From Octopus bimaculoides (taxonomy: Eukaryota), in assembly GCF_001194135.2 (NCBI RefSeq), contig NC_068988.1, forward strand, positions 26,003,094 to 26,067,093: a stretch of 64,000 bases of DNA, read 5' to 3'. Position 1 is the stretch's first letter, and each line of letters starts with the position of its first letter. This document shows positions 41,933 through 54,229 of the stretch, piece by piece. The notes below the pieces were generated by a model, which had not been told where the DNA came from, made no database searches, and worked only from the letters and a program-made list of their open reading frames with translations. Made by a program: the position numbers and the translations under genes.

Positions 41933-42563
41933 GTCGACGGCGATGATGGTTTCTTTCAAGGCAGTGATGTTGATGACGATAGTACTACTGATGCAGCTGC
42001 TACTTATGATGATAAAAATAAAGGCGAAGAAAGACGATATGTAGAAAGAAGAACGAGGAGGCAAGCGATAAGGAGAATCAGGAAGTATAAAAATAAAAAG
42101 AATCCGCATATACGAAACAAGAATGCAAGAATATAACAAAAAAATGCCTATGAAAATACATAAACATTATCATGTTTCCTCTTCTGTGTTGGTCTGTTCA
42201 GCGAGATTCGGCAGCTGATATATCTTTTACTTCCGATTCTGTGGAGGTAATAAGTTAAAAGATATACGCTCAAAGTATGAACTTTTCTGTAGACAGGATC
42301 TTTCCTGTTATCTGTTTTACACGCGTGCGCGCACCCATGCGCGGTCAGACACGTACACACAACATTCATGCATACATACACAATGTGAGTCACTCAAAGG
42401 CACAAATGCTCTTATGTGAATACACATGCACGCATATAAATAGCGCGATAGGTAATAAACTAAGGAAATAAATCGATGCATATGTATCTATCTATCTATC
42501 TATATATATATATATATATATATATAGGCGTGCGCGTGCGTGTGTGTGTGCACGTGTGTGTGT

Positions 42564-42603
<40 letters not shown>

Positions 42604-42769
42604 GCTTGTCTGCGTATGAGGTTGTATATGCGTATGCACTTGTCTGTCGATAGATAGATGTGGATACAGGTGATAGATAGATAGATACATTTCTTTTATT
42701 AGCCACACAGGGCTCAACAAAGATGGGACAAATACAATTAGGAGCTTTGATATTACTCCCATACCTTTT

Positions 42770-43430
42770 CTCCATCCATCCCTTAATGCAGCCCTGTCAT
42801 ATCAATCCTCATATATCTCACACCTATTCACTCCTTACCTTCTCATCTCATCCTATCCCTATCTCACTCCTCTCCCATTCTCTGCTCACATTATCTTGAC
42901 CAGCAACTAGCACTCCTCTCACTTCTTACACGCTTTCTTCACGTTTTCGCTTTTTCTCTCTTTCTTCCTCTCATATTCTCTTCCAGTTTTCATTTTGATT
43001 TATCTACTCATTCTAATCATACTCATCTCCCCCTTCTCATCTATCCACAAATACTATCAATATATTCTCAAATTTTCATTCATACCACAGGGCCCTTTCG
43101 GATGAGCACCACAGAATTCACGGCTCCATACTTTGAAATGAACTACTATTGAAACTTGCATACGATGTACAGGAAGCTTTTTTTACCACTTCTATACACC
43201 ACTTTACTCGAATAATGGAAGTGCAACTTCAATATCTTAATATATTCTATATTTTATTTCTACTTTCATTCTTCTATTTCTCTCCATTTTTCCTATCTCC
43301 TCATTATTTTAATAATAATTCCTTATTTCGAACTGAGATATTTACCTCTATTTAACCATCTCACATCTTCTCTGATAAAGGGATATCCATAATAACCCAG
43401 AAACAGCTGTAAGACGATATCTATATATTT
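42770..43430 (+). mobile_element. Probable Penelope-like element 3' region (family P2), pyrimidine-rich
   Basis: CT-rich tract ending in a hammerhead-like motif followed by a TA-rich tail; boundaries approximate. Confidence 0.45.
43365..43418 (+). ncRNA. Type-I hammerhead ribozyme motif (G8>A variant)
   Basis: ATCTTCT-CTGATAA-A-GGGATAT ccata ATAACCC-A-GAAAC-AGCT-GTA-AGACGAT. Stem I 6/7 bp, stem II 6/7 bp, palindromic ACAGCTGT stem III, GUA site. Confidence 0.65.
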
Positions 43431-44110
43431 TTTCCCCATAAATGTCCTGAAAACTACTGACAGACTTGGCTTTGTTATCTCATTTTGTGTAATACACATA
43501 TATATATATATATATTTGTATATATGGACATATATATATATATATATATATACAGATTATTATTATATAATCAAACAACATTTTGCCGCTCTTGAGGAGG
43601 TCTTCGAATGATTTATGACTACTTAGGCCTCTGTAAGACAGGATAATATATGAACATTCTGGATTTTTAACGAAGAGAATGTTTTGTACATTTTTCTCAA
43701 CCTGCGATTTATATTTTTTTTGTATTACAAAGTTTAGCAGAATTACAGAAGGGAGATTGAAGTCATGCAGCAGGGTATATCATACAGAAGCTAATGAAAA
43801 TAAGTGTTAACACGTTGTATATTTATTGTTGAATGTAGTGATCTGGTTGAAACGGTAAATTTGTACAAGTAGCTATAGAGATCATATACTTATTGAACAA
43901 GTACGAGAGCATCTATAAGGATGTTAAGAGCTGAAGATTGCCACTGTTGTATTTTCATCTGTAATACATAATGACATATCATAAATATTATTTGCCTTTT
44001 ACTACAGTAATCAATAAGCTCGTGAAAGATCCATTTGTACATTGAAAAATCAAACGCCATAACGTTCAATCTGGTACGGCATAACTAACACAAAATGATA
44101 TACATATATG

Positions 44111-44147
<37 letters not shown>

Positions 44148-45226
44148 NNNNNNNNNNNNNNNNNNNNNNNNNNNNNNNNNNNNNNNNNNNNNNNNNNNNN
44201 NNNNNNNNNNNNNNNNNNNNNNNNNNNNNNNNNNNNNNNNNNNNNNNNNNNNNNNNNNNNNNNNNNNNNNNNNNNNNNNNNNNNNNNNNNNNNNNNNNNN
44301 NNNNNNNNNNNNNNNNNATGGGTTTTTTATGCCGATCAAATGTTGGTGCATCAGGTTACTCCCTCCATAAAACCAACATTTCCTGAACGAGTGCATGGCG
44401 TGCCACACTTCAGATGAACGTGAGAGGAAATGCTTTGCTCAAAAATGCAGAGCACCGCCCGTTCTAGAAATTGATACATTGATCCCGTAAACGTGAGTGC
44501 CACTCACCAGCAAATAGGCCATAAGTCCTCCAATACACATTCATACATACAGACAGATATGTGTGTGTGTATATATGTATATATATGCACATATATATAT
44601 TTATACACACATACATATGTATATATACTTACAGGCATAGACACTCACACACACACACGCGTATGCATGTATATATACACACACACAGATACATACATAT
44701 GTATATAAGCATCAAATATCTTTTGTGTGTGTGCGTACGTGCGATCTCACGCGCTTCAATGATATTAATTCCAGTTAAAATAGAACTATAAAATCAATTC
44801 CTAAATTCCATTGTTCTCTTTCTGGAATTTACTACCGAATATAGTTTGTCTCTAATTTTTTCTCTTTCTTTTTTACATAAATACTAAACATTAATTCCGG
44901 TATATATCTTATTGTCTGAAACATCATTTCTTGTTATTGTATATTTTCTTATGAATGATTGACACTAATCTTCCACAAATATACAGAGTAAAATAGAGTC
45001 AAAACTCCAAAATATATATTTTTTAAATACTGCTTACTTCACCATTGTATCTTCAAATATATTTGAGACAAGTGATTCATTTATTAACATAAATAATTTA
45101 TAATAAAAATAGCGTATATACACATATATATCGAATAAGTAAATTTTCAAGTTTATTCTACTGTCATTGCATAAAAATGAAAAGTAATTGCAAAAATCAG
45201 TGAGGCTTATTCCACGCGTGCAAAAT

Positions 45227-45270
<44 letters not shown>

Positions 45271-46002
45271 NNNNNNNNNNGTGTGTGTACGTGTGTGTTT
45301 GTGCGTATGTTTATTGCTTTACTCTTTTATTCATTTACTTGGTTCAGTCATTTGACTGTAGCCATGCTGTAGCATGGCTGCAGTCAAATAATAAGTTACC
45401 GCATCCATGCTTCGGTAATTTATTTCCCTGCAGGGTTGTTTCCGGCACTAGCGCTCCAAAATGAATATATTTGAAAAATACCACAATAAATATATTTTAT
45501 AGAACTGTACATGAGGTTTCTCTCAGGAAAACGTTTCTGTGTATAGTTCTCTGAAATATGTTTTGAGATACGACAGGCTACACTGAGGAGTTACAGAGAC
45601 TTGTATTTTGCATTTTGCAAGTATTAATAATGAAATCATGATACGTAGGTAATCGTTTTATTTTGTAAAATTTCATTTGCCTTGCTTATTTTTTTACATT
45701 CTGGCGTTTGCTGAATTTTGTTTCTTGAGAACACACTCTTTGTGGTAAGGCGATTTGACGTCTATCTCTAGCGTATAAGAACTCAATACAACGCGAGCTG
45801 AATGCCCTAACCACGAAGCCACGCTTCTTCNNNNNNNNNNATTTGCCTTGCTTATTTTTTTACATTCTGGCGTTTGCTGAATTTTGTTTCTTGAGAACAC
45901 ACTCTTTGTGGTAAGGCGATTTGACGTCTATCTCTAGCGTATAAGAACTCAATACAACGCGAGCTGAATGCCCTAACCACGAAGCCACGCTTCTTCACCA
46001 TT

Positions 46003-46047
<45 letters not shown>

Positions 46048-47098
46048 ATTAGTACTAGAATCAAATTTCTTCAGAAATAATTTACATTTACAACAAATTT
46101 CCCTTGGTAAATAGCATTAAAAAATTGGGAAAAAATCTTTGTAAAATGTTTCTCGAAAAGAATTGTTATTCAAATATTGTATTCATATACATACATTATA
46201 CACTCACAGATATACACACGCACGCACGCACGCCCACACATATACGTGCGCCACACATATATTAAATATACACGTGTGTGTGCGTGTGTTAAATGAATGT
46301 ATGTCTGTATGCCTATATGGAAAATGTCTACGAATTACGTTTTCTTAATTTACTTCAGACGATTCCAATAGTTGAAACTTTAGGCAGAATAACTACTGGT
46401 AATTCATTGGATAAATACTGTCTTATTTTTCAATTGAGTTATTTATCAACGGTAGTGAAGATTTGTTTGAGTTGTTAATATATACACGTATATATATATA
46501 CATACGAGATATAAACATATGTGTGTGTGTGTGTTACTGTACATAAGTGTGTATATATATTCATTTTCAACGTTTCTACATATCTATCATTGTATCTCTC
46601 TTATTCTTAAATAAATTTAATGTTGTTGAATTAAAATTTATAGCACTTTCACTCTGAAAGTTAGCAAATATAGATTCATCATGTTATTTCTTTGCAATAA
46701 TGGAAATTGTTCAGGCTTATTTATTGGTTGGCTACTTCACTCAACATATATCGTACTAATTCTTGTATTTAGGAAATTCACTTTATAGCAATCTGTATTG
46801 AAATAAAAGGCCCTTTAGTGTTCTGCTTAGATGCAAGTTAGACTAAGAAATACAGCGTGTGTCTGATTGATACAGCGATTAGTATATGAATAGATATTTA
46901 GCTATGTCTGTAGAAGAATTGGAGATATTTCTACTAATGTGCGATCATTCACACTGAAACGGATCAGGATTAATATTTGCGTTATTCCAAATATATTTCA
47001 CCTCATTTCCACTGATCTGGTGTTTTAAAAGTCAGTCAAACTTCAGGATGTTTCTAATTTCTGTACTCCACACTGTTTTGTTTTATGTAATTTTCTAA

Positions 47099-47457
47099 GG
47101 CACTCCGTTGTTTACGACGGTGAGGATTCCAGTTGATCCACTCAATGGAACAGCCTATTCGCGAAATTAACGTGCAAGTGGCTGAGCACTCCACAGATAC
47201 GTGTACACTTAACGTAGTTCTTGGGGAGATGCAGCGTGACACAGAGTATGACAAGTCTGGTCCTTTGAAATACAGGTGCAGTAGAAATAGGAAGAAAGAG
47301 TGAGAGAAAATTGTGATGAAAGAGTACAGCCTGCCAGAGCCTCGTGGAGCTAAAGTGTTTTCGTTTCAATAAACACTCACAACGCCCGGTCTGGGAATCG
47401 AAACCGCGATCTAATGACCGTGAGTCCGCTGCCCTATCCACTGGGCCATTGCGCCTC
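47099..47457 (-). mobile_element. tRNA-derived SINE family C, full length
   Basis: Head GGAGGCGCAATGGCCCAGTGG (A box), GGTTTCGATTCCC (B box); aligns end to end with 47776-48140. Confidence 0.9.
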
Positions 47458-47775
47458 CCCAGCTATGTAATAAATCTACTGACAAGTCAAGCTGTGCAAA
47501 TCATTCTTGACAATTCGGTTTGGGTTTAGTTTTTGTTTATATTAAATCGGAAATACCTCAGTGTTATATTCGATGCTAGAATTTCTATGAATAAATATCC
47601 ATTGCGGAGAGATGAGCAAGATGGAAAATCTGTTACGGATAATTTTCTGAATGGAAAGATGATATCATCTATTTACACATTTTACTTTCCACAGCTAAGG
47701 AACTATGAAATAATTATTAAAATTACATACACGCACTCACACACATGTATCCTATATTTATATATAGTGGTTTTG

Positions 47776-48140
47776 GTTGGCATCCTGTCGCTTACGAAGA
47801 CGAGGGTTCCTGATGATCCGATCAACGGAACAGCCTGTTCGTGAAACTAACGTGCAAGTGAGCATTTCATAGACACATGTACACTTAACGTAATTGTCAG
47901 AAAGATTCAGCGTGACACAGAGTGTGACAAGGCTAGCGCTTTGAAACACAGGTACAACAGAAATAGGAAGAAAGAGTGAGAGAAATTTGTGGTGAAAGAG
48001 TACAGCAGGGTTCGCCACCATCCCCTGCCGGAGCATTGTGAAACTTTAGGTGTCTTCGCTCAATAAACACTCATAACGCTAGGTCTGGGAATCGAAACCG
48101 CGGTCCTACGACCGAGAGTCCGCTGCCTTAACTACTGGGC
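47776..48140 (-). mobile_element. tRNA-derived SINE family C, second copy
   Basis: Same structure as 47099-47457; a further head fragment lies at 51788-51852. Confidence 0.9.
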
Positions 48141-48217
48141 CATATACGCACTTATATACATATACATATATTTTTATCTCAATATGTCTATCAGTCTACA
48201 GCACATATCTGTGTCAA

Positions 48218-48248
<31 letters not shown>

Positions 48249-49073
48249 GTCTCTGTGTGTGTGTGTGTGTGTGTTTATGTGAGTGTGTATGCTGTTTTGT
48301 ATTTATAATAGACGTCATACTTCGTATTAATACGCATATATTTAACAAATATCGAAACCTATTAAATAATGAAATATATAGAGAAACTAAAAGGGTTTAT
48401 AAAATAGTTTTAAATAGTTAAATGTTTAACTGAAATATGTAAATAAATAATATGCTTTTAACATGTTTAACAACAAAATTTATATATAACATCATGTTAC
48501 GTCAATGTCGTCTTGTGCAACACATGGAAAGAGCAGTGCTTTGCTCTAATGTAATTGTAATGAAATCATGCAAAACTGATTATAATAGCACTCAAGATCT
48601 TTCACAGTAGTGCCTGTGATGAAACATTTCATTAGTGTTTGAAGTGATGATCAAAATCAGTTGATTTAATCGTATAAAATTAAAGGTCAAAATTATATAT
48701 TTCTCCGTTGAATGTAATTATAGTGAACTGTAATTAGAACTCAATGGTCAGGGTTTGTTTTAATGTAAATTAAGCTGTGGTTATAAAATCGCAAAATTGT
48801 TTATACTGTTATAAAACATATGCTGGTTGTTTCAATGAAAGAAGTCATAGGTTTTGTTGCCAGACGTCAGCAGAGAGTTGGCTAAAGATTGGTAGTTCTT
48901 ATTAAAGTATCAGTGCTGGGGATTGATAAAAAAAAACTTACATATATATGTGTGTGTGTGAGTGTTTGAGTGTTTGAGTGTGTGTGTGTGTGTGAGTGTG
49001 TGCAGAAAAATACTCACATAAATATATGCAAACACACCCACACAAATATATATGCAGTGATTCAGCGTATGTC

Positions 49074-49119
<46 letters not shown>

Positions 49120-49640
49120 ATGAGTTGGTTGTGAGTGTATTTCTTAAAATCAACTTTAAGTATCCGATTATTACATTATAAATGTTTCCAGTCTCTTAGA
49201 ACGTGTCACGAGACTTCTCAATTAATAGTTATTTGAAGGATTATCGTCAACGAAATAAATGTATATGATTAGAAACAGAAAGCCACTAAATCTTTTATCT
49301 GCCAAATTATTTAGGATTATTCTAACTTTATAATTAACTTTAATGGTGGGCACGTATTCTGATTTCATAATATAATCCAAGTATTCCTGATGGCATTAAA
49401 ACTGATTGTTTATATAACTATGTAATGCTCTGATGCTGTTATCCAAAGTCATTGATTAATATACCAAACTTTTACTATATCCATGGTTGTCCGGGATAAT
49501 ATTAGTAATGTAATGAGAATTGTTGATTATTTCGTTTCTTACCTGACACCTACATTTTATTTGCCAATAAACAGAAGATTATTCATATATGTTTTAAAAA
49601 CAACTCAAGTTATACATTATTTGCATTATTTACAATTATT

Positions 49641-49770
49641 AAAATAATAGACAGAGAACACCACTGGAGAATACGAAAACTAAAAGAAGCAGCACATATG
49701 CTAGGACACAACAACCTCCCTCGTAAGCAGACCGAGTGCAGATGTGAATAGCATATGAGAAAATCGAAAA
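49641..49770 (+). mobile_element. Penelope-like element ORF C-terminus (end of GIY-YIG endonuclease)
   Basis: IIDREHHWRIRKLKEAAHMLGHNNL..RPSADVNSI resembles the PLE I.D.E..W..R..KEA..I motif. Confidence 0.6.
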
Positions 49771-50158
49771 ATACCTTACGAACGAGAAACCAGGTTCGAA
49801 ATTTCCCCAAGATACCTGATTTATGTGTTAAGAACAAACAAGATGAGGACAAATATCCGCCAATTGTAAATAATGTACATAATTCCTCATCTCTTAAGTA
49901 TACAACTGAACGCAAGTTATATCATTTATTTTTGCAGCATATAGCAGAAAATGTTGAGGTTGTAAGTGTAAATACAATTTAAAGTTTTAGTTAAATTGTT
50001 AAACGAGTAAAAGTTTTAAAGTTAAGCAAGAAATTTTCATTGACAAAAATAATGCGTCTTGGCGAGGATAGTAATTTGCTAAATACAACATTCGGGAAAA
50101 TCAGAAAGCAAAAAGACAGCTGCATCCGCACATAAATCCTACATTTATAAAAATTACA

Positions 50159-50368
50159 CAGTAATCCCTCGCCATATCGTGGTTCATTATTTAAGCTGAC
50201 GTCGATTCCTTTTTGGCGTTGTTTGCATATATAATAAAATAAATATATGCAAATTAGAAAACAATAATAAAAGCATATACAGTACAGTACTGTTTCTACT
50301 TCGCGGATTTTCACCTATCGCACAGGTTTTTGGAACGGAATACCCGCGATACTCGAAGTATTGTTCTA
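50159..50368. mobile_element. Tigger/pogo-like MITE
   Basis: Left TIR CAGTAATCCCTCGCCATATCG; degenerate right TIR CCCGCGATACTCGAAGTATTG; AT-rich interior. Confidence 0.65.
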
Positions 50369-50529
50369 TACAGAATGGAGAGTGGTGCTAGTCGAATTTC
50401 AGTACCGTGAAAACTTCATACATATTAAAATCTCGATTTATTTCGCCATCGAAATACAGTCTAGTCGTACCATTACTGCAAGTCAAACTTGGCTCGACGT
50501 ATCTAATAATTCTTGGAATGCCACCAGTA

Positions 50530-50750
50530 CGTGATATATAACACAAGTGAAGGCCCGGCGAAAAATAACTCAATAACTGTTGTTGCAAGGAATCCTCTCC
50601 TTGTTTCCTTGTTTCTATCTGTGTTCCTTTCTGTGGAAGGGCGTAGGCTCGAAACGTTAAAGAATATTTCACTTCCTGAGCATTATACTAATACATCTGT
50701 TTGTTTCCTACACCACCTGTTTTCGTCTGTCGTTTTTTGTGAATCCCCCC
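50530..50750 (+). mobile_element. Penelope-like element terminal segment (family P1)
   Basis: Same tail as 10440 and 56435; ends at (CA)n(TA)n. Confidence 0.7.
50627..50662 (+). ncRNA. Minimal type-I hammerhead motif, A6>U variant
   Basis: CTTT-CTGTGGA-A-GGGC gtag GCTC-GAAAC-GTT-AAAG. Confidence 0.55.
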
Positions 50751-50751
50751 T

Positions 50752-50798
<47 letters not shown>

Positions 50799-51630
50799 CA
50801 CGGTGTCCCAAAAGTCACTGATGAGTTTCAATGTTACTAACTTCCTTAACTTTATAGATGAATCCATGACATTTTGATACAACATAAAGGACATAATGGA
50901 AATTAATATGCCCAAGTCAAACTTTGCAACACCACTACATCATATATGAAAAGTGAAATCGTTTGAATGGCAGCCATTTTCGGCTTTGCACGCCCGTGCT
51001 ATTTCTAAAACTTGCACCATAACACCCTCAAGAGTTCCAGAGCAGACTTCTCTAATTTCCCTATTGATGTTCTCCGTGAGTTTCACTAGGGTCACCGATT
51101 TGTTAACGCAAACGTTGTCTTTCATGTATCCATGACTGAGACCAATTTGCACCCGGCGAGTCAAAATAGACCTCTAACATAGTTCCAGCAAGATGGGACA
51201 ACTACACATACCGTAAAAGCAACAATGCAATCGTTACGGCAGTGCTTTAGAGAGAGAGAGAGAGTAATCTCCCGCAAACGGCAATGTCAATTTTCTTTTA
51301 AGTTCCCCAGATTTGACTAGCCCAGATTTTTGTAGTGGTGATACCTGAAAGAGAGCGTTTAAGGCAACAAAGCAGTGCATCAATAGAGAAATCAGAGAAA
51401 TGGGGACTGAAACTCTTGAGATGCAAGCTTTGAAAAGAGTGGGGGCGTGCGAAGAAGATGGTTGTCATTTATGCGATGTCACTTTTCGTATGTGATGTAG
51501 TAATGTTGCAAAATTTGACTTGTGCATATTGATTCCCACTATGTTTTTATATTGTATCAACATTTCATGGGATTATTTAGAAAGTTTAGGAAATTATTAA
51601 AACTTGAAACCAATCAGTGACTTTACACTA
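50799..51630. mobile_element. Foldback non-autonomous Tc1/mariner (maT/rosa-type) element made of two inverted 3' halves
   Basis: TA|CACGGTGTCCCAAAAGTCACTGAT left end. Minus arm HGYMKDNV..NK...LTENINREI...ENGCH; plus arm FQQDGTTTHT...YLKE...INREIRE...DGCH. The arms are inverted homologues. Confidence 0.8.
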
Positions 51631-51639
51631 TTCAATTCA

Positions 51640-51687
51640 TTTTCTCCGTGTTTTTCTCCTTGTCTCCGTATTCTTTCTGTTGAAGAG
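51640..51687 (+). mobile_element. P1 terminal segment truncated by a gap, carrying the first half of the hammerhead motif
   Basis: TGTCTCCGTATTCTTTCTGTTGAAGAG is identical to the reverse complement of 56548-56574. Confidence 0.7.
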
Positions 51688-53240
51688 NNNNNNNNNNNNN
51701 NNNNNNNNNNNNNNNNNNNNNNNNNNNNNNNNNNNNNNNNNNNNNNNNNNNNNNNNNNNNNNNNNNNNNNNNNNNNNNNNNNNNNNNAATCGAAACTGCG
51801 ATCCTATGACCGCGAGTAAGCTGCCCTAACCACTGGGTTATTACGCCTCCACATTTGGGGGCATATATCAGATACAGTAAGATACTTAGTCTTTTGTTAC
51901 AAAGCAGCGTGTTATATTATTTTTAAATAATTCAATTTCAGTCATTAATACAAGCTGTGTCTTCCTAACACCTATCGTTACACAGACAACCTTATAAATC
52001 TAATGCGCTTTGCAGCTTAAGGATGAATTAATTTAAGAAGGATAAACTAAAGTTTGGCAGGAATTTAGTTTGTTTCTATTGAAAGCAACGCATTTCTGGA
52101 GATATATCCAGCATTATTTCTCAGAGCAAATAGTATGGTTCTTTCATCACCTATTGCTATTCTGGTAGTAGGAAAACTGTTTTGATAAAGAATCCTTTCA
52201 GCGGCTTGAAGCGAAATTTCTTTTGATATTATCTAACTTTCAGCATGACATATTTTTCTATCATTGAACGCTTTGTCTGTTTGAGTTGAAAGCATTTACA
52301 CGATCATTGCCTTCACGCGATGCCAGTATTTCAAAGAGAGTAGAAACGCAACCAGAGACACGACTGAATCGAAAACTTTGAGTGTTTGCCATTTCCGTTC
52401 TTTGAAATGATTAGTTCTATGAGCGAAGAATATCGAAGGGCAAATATATGGGAAAATAATCCAAGGAAACTTAGGGGAAATGTAAATATTAAAGTCTAAA
52501 ACGAAAATATGTGATTAACTAAAAAATGACAAAATTATCTCAATATAAGTAACACTTGAAGTATGTACGAGGTAAAAGTACACTGCAAAGATAGAACACT
52601 TTTATTAAAAAGAAAGCATAAATATTATAGTAATATCAAATGCATTTTAATAATAAATGTGACATGTACGACGAAGCCTCCGCCTTGTTGGTTTTATCAT
52701 CAATATTTATATACATACATCCAGAAAGTTATTGTAATACAGTAAAATCTAGACACTCCAAGTAATATCAACCGTAATGCTTGTGCTTGTATTAAACGCT
52801 GTGTTATTGACATACGCTCATTCTATTGCGTGTACCTCTATGTCTACTACAGAAGATCATGCACATTTAAACTAATGTTGAACAAACACTCTCTTCTGAC
52901 TCATCGCAATTAATCTAGTGTTGGTTTCGTTGTCAAATCTAGTATGTATACTCTCTCTATATATACGTAAGTAAGCAGAGTTAACGGTTGGAATAACTGT
53001 TTAAAAGAATGTCCGTTCTTACTACCGGTATCATATACCTATGCTACCCTGGGCATGGGTATACAAGCATACTACACTCATTGGGTACAGGTAATAACTG
53101 AATAAACAAAATTTTATCCGGAATTCCAATTGTAATGAGCAGAAAATGGAGAATTGTAATAAGCAAAAAATCGTTACTTTAGCTTACTTCAGAAGCAAAT
53201 TGGGCGTGAGTTTTTTAGGTAGTTCAGTGTCAATTTTAGC

Positions 53241-53854
53241 ATCGAGTGTAAAAACGAAACTTTTCACTATATTTTGCTTTTTTTTTATTTCCGTAAAGAA
53301 AGCAAGAAAATTGCTGAGTTTCATAAAGAGATATGTAGTATTTATGGTGTTGATTATTTAAGAGAACGCACATGTTAGAAATGGTTTTAAAAAAAATTCC
53401 GTTCTGCAGATTTCTCACTTAGAAGTGACCATCGTTCTGGTTGACCTCCTGAAGTTGATGATTACCGAATCAAAGCCATAATCGAATTTGAGGTTCATAT
53501 AACTGTATGTGAGATTGCAGAGAGGTTAAATGTATCACGCACAACAATTGAAAATCACTTTAAATGTTTTTAACTCATTAAGAATCGCGATATTTGGGTT
53601 CCACATATATTGAAAGATATTCAATATTTGCGATATGCAAGTCAAATTTAATTAAATAGACCTTTTTTTTAAACGAAATAAACCTTTTCCGCTGGTGATG
53701 AAAAATGTACTGTCTGCAATAACATCAAGCGAAAACGATCATGGTCCAAGCGTAATAGACAAGCACAAACCATATGAAAAGCTAAAGTGTATCCAAAACG
53801 GCCATGCTGCCAATTCCGCGGGATTACAAAAGTGTTGTGTATTTTGAGCTGCTT
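53241..53854 (+). mobile_element. Mariner (DD34D) transposase pseudogene, N-terminal two-thirds
   Basis: KWFKKFRSADFSL...RSG.P...EIAERLNVSRTTIENH...WVPHIL...GDEK...NNIKRKRSW...[11 protein letters not shown] (WVPHEL motif). It contains stops and frameshifts and is cut off by a microsatellite. Confidence 0.9.
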
Positions 53855-53902
53855 ATATGTACATATATATGTACATATACATATATCTATATATGTATGT
53901 AC

Positions 53903-53946
<44 letters not shown>

Positions 53947-53958
53947 CTCTACCTATCT

Positions 53959-54035
<77 letters not shown>

Positions 54036-54160
54036 NNNNNNNNNNNNNNNNNNNNNNNNNNNNNNNNNNNNNNNNNNNNNNNNNNNNNNNNNNNNNNNNN
54101 NNNNNNNNNNNNNNNNNNNNNNNNNNNNNNNNNNNNNNNNNNNNNNNNNNNNNNNNNNNN

Positions 54161-54229
<69 letters not shown>

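Noticed and set aside
45675-45995. ~155-bp perfect tandem duplication
   Set aside because: Identical copies on either side of a 10-N gap; an assembly artefact, like 39766-39913.
47805-47835. CTGATGA-TCCG atcaa CGGA, hammerhead-like start
   Set aside because: No GAAA after the stem, and the sister SINE copy reads CAGTTGATCC, so this is a chance mutation.
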